A DNA stretch of 47,598 nt from Bacteroidales bacterium. Its GTDB lineage: Bacteria; Bacteroidota; Bacteroidia; Bacteroidales; VadinHA17. The translations under genes and the position numbers were made by a program. Under the pieces are notes generated by a model. It saw only the letters and a list, made by a program, of their open reading frames with translations, made no database searches and had not been told where the DNA came from. The stretch lies in assembly GCA_003520925.1 (NCBI GenBank), contig DOTV01000233.1:14547-62144 (forward strand), in the 5' to 3' direction. Positions 44,825 through 47,598 of this stretch are shown here, one piece after another; position 1 is the stretch's first letter, and every line of letters starts with the position of its first letter.

Positions 44825-45853
44825 ATGACTTGTCCGGGAAGGAAAATATTAAATAATCGTTTATGGGTTTCTGCCGGGATAATAGTCGCATTTTCAGCCC
44901 TTTATGGTTGCGAGGATGAAAATGTACCTCAGCTGACAACAAAAGAAGTAACCAATATAACCGCTAAATCGGCTGAATCGGGAGGAATTATTATTGATGA
45001 TAACGGCAGTGCTATAAATGTTCGCGGTGTCTGCTGGAGCAATGAGAGTAACCCCACGATCGGGGATAAAAGAACAACCAACGGTGTTGGCAGTGAAAGT
45101 TACTCAAGTACCTTGTTCGGATTGAACGGAAGTAAAATTTACTATGTAAGGGCCTATGCCACAAATAAAAACGGTACCGGTTACGGAAATGAGATAAGTT
45201 TTCAGACGGCACCTTCCGGAATAAATTATGCCGAATGGATCTCATATGGCACAGTTGCTGATAAAGAAGGGAATAATTACAAAACTGTAAAAATCGGTGA
45301 TCAGACCTGGATGGCGGAGAATCTCAGAGCCACTAAATACCAGGACGGAAGCCCGGTTCCAAACATCAGGGATCTTAAAACATGGACCGGTCTCGGCACC
45401 GGCGCTTATTGTTTCTATAACAACGATACTTTGAACAAAAAAGTCTACGGGGCAATGTACAACTGGTTTGTTGTTGGGGACAAGCGCAAAATTTGTCCGG
45501 TTGGCTGGCATGTGCCATCCGATTCAGAGTGGACCAGACTGACGGATTTTCTGGGAGGTAAGGATATCGCAGGAATGAAATTGAAAGAAGCAGGACTGAC
45601 GCATTGGGCAAACCCAAACTCCGGGGCTTCGAACCTGAGCGGCTTCACGGCATTACCCGCTGGTTCACGCTATTCTTCCATCAGGGATGATTTTCTCGGA
45701 CTGGGTTATTATTGCACATGGTGGTCCTCCTCGGAAAACAATCTGGATAGAGAAAGTGCCTGGTTTCGTTCTCTTAGTAAATTCAATATAATAGTCGAAA
45801 GGAATACTTACTGGAAAATTGTAGGATACTCAATCAGATGCGTCATTGATTAG
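44825..45853 (+). CDS. FISUMP-domain lipoprotein with 1 N-terminal repeat module (P6)
   Basis: It has the lipobox LYGC followed by EDEN, one module (VRGVCW...YYVRAYATNKNGTGYG) and a canonical-subtype domain ending in SIRCVID-stop. Confidence 0.8.
   Translation: MTCPGRKILNNRLWVSAGIIVAFSALYGCEDENVPQLTTKEVTNITAKSAESGGIIIDDNGSAINVRGVCWSNESNPTIGDKRTTNGVGSESYSSTLFGLNGSKIYYVRAYATNKNGTGYGNEISFQTAPSGINYAEWISYGTVADKEGNNYKTVKIGDQTWMAENLRATKYQDGSPVPNIRDLKTWTGLGTGAYCFYNNDTLNKKVYGAMYNWFVVGDKRKICPVGWHVPSDSEWTRLTDFLGGKDIAGMKLKEAGLTHWANPNSGASNLSGFTALPAGSRYSSIRDDFLGLGYYCTWWSSSENNLDRESAWFRSLSKFNIIVERNTYWKIVGYSIRCVID
44927..45208 (+). repeat. Single copy of the ~94-aa module in P6
   Basis: It matches the module consensus of P1-P3. 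Confidence 0.7.
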
Positions 45854-45951
45854 GTGTCTCAAAACAAATGAAAAGGAAGCATTCTTGAAACAGAGAAGCA
45901 GTTTAAGAGAATTTCAGTAATTTTATATGGAATTAATTTTAACAAACGGCA

Positions 45952-47391
45952 ATGAAGATTAACAGAAAATTGTTGAAATGGGTTGTGATTTCAGTTTTGT
46001 TATTTACTGGTTGTGAGAAGAAAGAGGTACCTGTTGGGGAGGAGAAAGTCCAGGCCTCGGCACAGGTTCAGAAAATTAACGGTTTCATCAAGGATGTCAT
46101 GACTGATGTTTACCTCTGGTACGACAAGTTGCCGGACATTGACATAAAATATGAAACCAATTCAAAGGATTATTTCCAGAAACTGCTTTACAGTGAAGAT
46201 AAGTGGTCATATATTACCGATGATATTACTGCATTTGAACAGAGTCTGCAGGGAGTTGAAAAAACTTTTGGTTACTCCCTGGTATTTGGCTCCTTTGTAA
46301 ATTCTTCAGGTGCCCCTACCGGCAATTATTTCGGGATCGTTGAATATGTTTACCCGAATACTCCGGCATCCAAAGCAGGTTTTACCAGGGGGGATCTTAT
46401 CATTAAACTCGATGGAGGTAATATTACTGCTGATAACTATAGAAATCTATTTTCCGGCACCTCAGTATCAGTCACAAAGGGGACTTTAACAAGTAATGGA
46501 ATTGCCACCGGAGCAACATTAACATTGGTTGCTGAAGAGCTGAATCTTGACCCTGTTCTGATGTATAAGATAATCGAGAGGGAGGGCCATAAGATCGGTT
46601 ATCTTGTATATCTTCAGTTTATACCAAGCTATAACAGCTCAAGTCTGAATCTTGCTTTTCAATATTTCAGGGAAAATCAGATTTCAGATCTTGTTCTTGA
46701 TCTCAGATACAATCCTGGTGGCTATACAACAGCCGCTCAGTATCTTACAAGCTCTATTGCACCTCTTAACACCGTTAACGATAAAAGCACTCTTGTTTCC
46801 TATCAGTGGAACGACAAGTACCAGGCTTACTGGATTTCAAATAACAGACAAGATCAGCTCGGCGTGAAGTTTGACCCGAATGTGCCCGTTAAACTTGGTC
46901 TCGGCAAGTTATATGTTTTGACAGGAAATGGGACTGCAAGTGCTTCGGAGTTGACAATTTGCGGACTTGAGCCATATATGGATGTTGTTATCGTGGGAGA
47001 CACAACATATGGAAAATATACAGCATCAATTACAATAAAACCTGAAGACTGGTATCAGAATGCATCTGATTACACAGGCTTTAAAAATTGGGGAATGCAA
47101 CCTATTATAATGCGTTATGCCAATTCTCAGGGGATCACCAATTTCAAAAATGGTTTTGCACCCGATTTTCTTGTCAGGGACGAACTTCTGCCTGCATATC
47201 CTCTCGGAGAACTTACCGAACCGCTATTGAAAAAAGCTGTTGAAAACATTACCGGGACAACAATTTCTGCACCCAAAAGGGCTGAAAGACCAATTGAATA
47301 TATAATTGTTGACCGGGGATTCTCAAAATTCGACAGGCAAAGGCGGAACCTGTTTATCGAAATGCCCAGGGATTTACAGAAAAACCGCTGA
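45952..47391 (+). CDS. S41 family peptidase lipoprotein (PDZ-containing, C-terminal-processing type)
   Basis: It has the lipobox FTGC followed by EKKE and a PDZ-like segment (ASKAGFTRGDLIIKLDG). The S41 core motifs are DLRYNPGGY, GTASASE (candidate nucleophile Ser) and TTYGK (candidate Lys). Confidence 0.8.
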   Translation: MKINRKLLKWVVISVLLFTGCEKKEVPVGEEKVQASAQVQKINGFIKDVMTDVYLWYDKLPDIDIKYETNSKDYFQKLLYSEDKWSYITDDITAFEQSLQGVEKTFGYSLVFGSFVNSSGAPTGNYFGIVEYVYPNTPASKAGFTRGDLIIKLDGGNITADNYRNLFSGTSVSVTKGTLTSNGIATGATLTLVAEELNLDPVLMYKIIEREGHKIGYLVYLQFIPSYNSSSLNLAFQYFRENQISDLVLDLRYNPGGYTTAAQYLTSSIAPLNTVNDKSTLVSYQWNDKYQAYWISNNRQDQLGVKFDPNVPVKLGLGKLYVLTGNGTASASELTICGLEPYMDVVIVGDTTYGKYTASITIKPEDWYQNASDYTGFKNWGMQPIIMRYANSQGITNFKNGFAPDFLVRDELLPAYPLGELTEPLLKKAVENITGTTISAPKRAERPIEYIIVDRGFSKFDRQRRNLFIEMPRDLQKNR

Positions 47392-47420
47392 TCCTGGTTT
47401 GGTGGACCCTGACAACAAAA
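47388..47420. repeat. 33-nt direct repeat, copy 1 (overlaps the S41 stop codon)
   Basis: ctgatcctggtttggtggaccctgacaacaaaa differs from copy 2 at one position. Confidence 0.7.
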
Positions 47421-47503
47421 AAGCCGTTGCCACGCTGCGCATGGCTTATCTGTTTCGTTTTCGATGTCCTTATTTAAGCAAGCTTAAAACGTCCCTCGAA
47501 AAC

Positions 47504-47536
47504 AAAACCGATCCCGCAGTTGCGGGACCGGCTTTT
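47504..47536 (+). terminator. Probable intrinsic terminator between the two direct-repeat copies
   Basis: ccgatcccgc (47508-47517) pairs with gcgggaccgg (47522-47531), with one mismatch. AAAA lies upstream and CTTTT downstream. Confidence 0.55.
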
Positions 47537-47565
47537 ATGTTGTGGGCGATGAGGGATTAGTTTCA

Positions 47566-47598
47566 CTGATCCCGGTTTGGTGGACCCTGACAACAAAA
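47566..47598. repeat. 33-nt direct repeat, copy 2 (truncated by the window end)
   Basis: ctgatcccggtttggtggaccctgacaacaaaa lies 178 nt downstream of copy 1. Confidence 0.7.

Noticed and set aside
36018-45853. A diversity-generating retroelement acting on the C-type-lectin-like C-termini of the array proteins.
   Set aside because: The window contains no reverse transcriptase ORF, and no non-coding template repeat resembles the last ~120 nt of any paralog in the intergenic regions I read. The paralogs differ at all base types, not only at adenines. A DGR elsewhere in the genome cannot be excluded.
47400-47409. tggtggaccc looked like the 3' end (..GGGTCCACCA) of a minus-strand tRNA or tmRNA.
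   Set aside because: The adjacent sequence (gacaacaaaaaagccg) cannot form a T-stem/T-loop, and no cloverleaf is possible within the first copy. It might be a remnant of an att site, but that cannot be supported from this window.
36018-47598. A genomic island or integrative element carrying the FISUMP array.
   Set aside because: The window contains no integrase, transposase, conjugation or phage genes, and I noticed no obvious compositional break by eye. Only the edge-truncated 33-nt direct repeat hints at recombination, which is insufficient.

Overview
This is a 47.6-kb AT-rich chromosomal segment that reads as Bacteroidota. The evidence is the T9SS/gliding genes (porV, porU, a PorP/SprF-like gene, gldJ), TAnnTTTG -7 promoter boxes, and many lipoproteins. 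I saw no rRNA, tRNA, CRISPR array, transposase, integrase or reverse transcriptase. Positions 1-36,000 are mostly housekeeping: alaS, two tandem M23 peptidases, a MerR regulator, a Nif3-like/zinc-ribbon pair, hutU, ispF, the T9SS block and murF. They also include a very compact seven-gene minus-strand array (PIN-PhoH, DUF1080, mtaB, IMPase, acyltransferase, GT2, membrane metallophosphoesterase), folC, a 5'-nucleotidase, an M28 peptidase, TerC and an orphan PAS histidine kinase. Positions 36,000-47,400 are the accessory and most interesting part. Six paralogous secreted proteins or lipoproteins all end in a Fibrobacter-succinogenes-major-paralogous (FISUMP, TIGR02145-like) domain. That domain is preceded by 0, 0, 1, 3, 4 or 4 copies of a ~94-aa Thr/Gly-rich module, 12 copies in total. 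The array is interrupted by a DUF4956-like membrane protein and a 63-aa orphan ORF, and is followed by an S41 peptidase lipoprotein. The function of the array is unknown. I treat it as a candidate surface lectin/adhesin locus, not as a demonstrated system. Non-coding structure worth a look includes three intergenic clusters of CACAGAG/CGCAGAG heptamers in inverted orientation. There is also a ~150-bp nested-palindrome MITE-like element with an 18-bp perfect GC-rich hairpin, and a 33-nt direct repeat cut by the right window edge. All protein calls come from motif recognition by eye; no database search was run.
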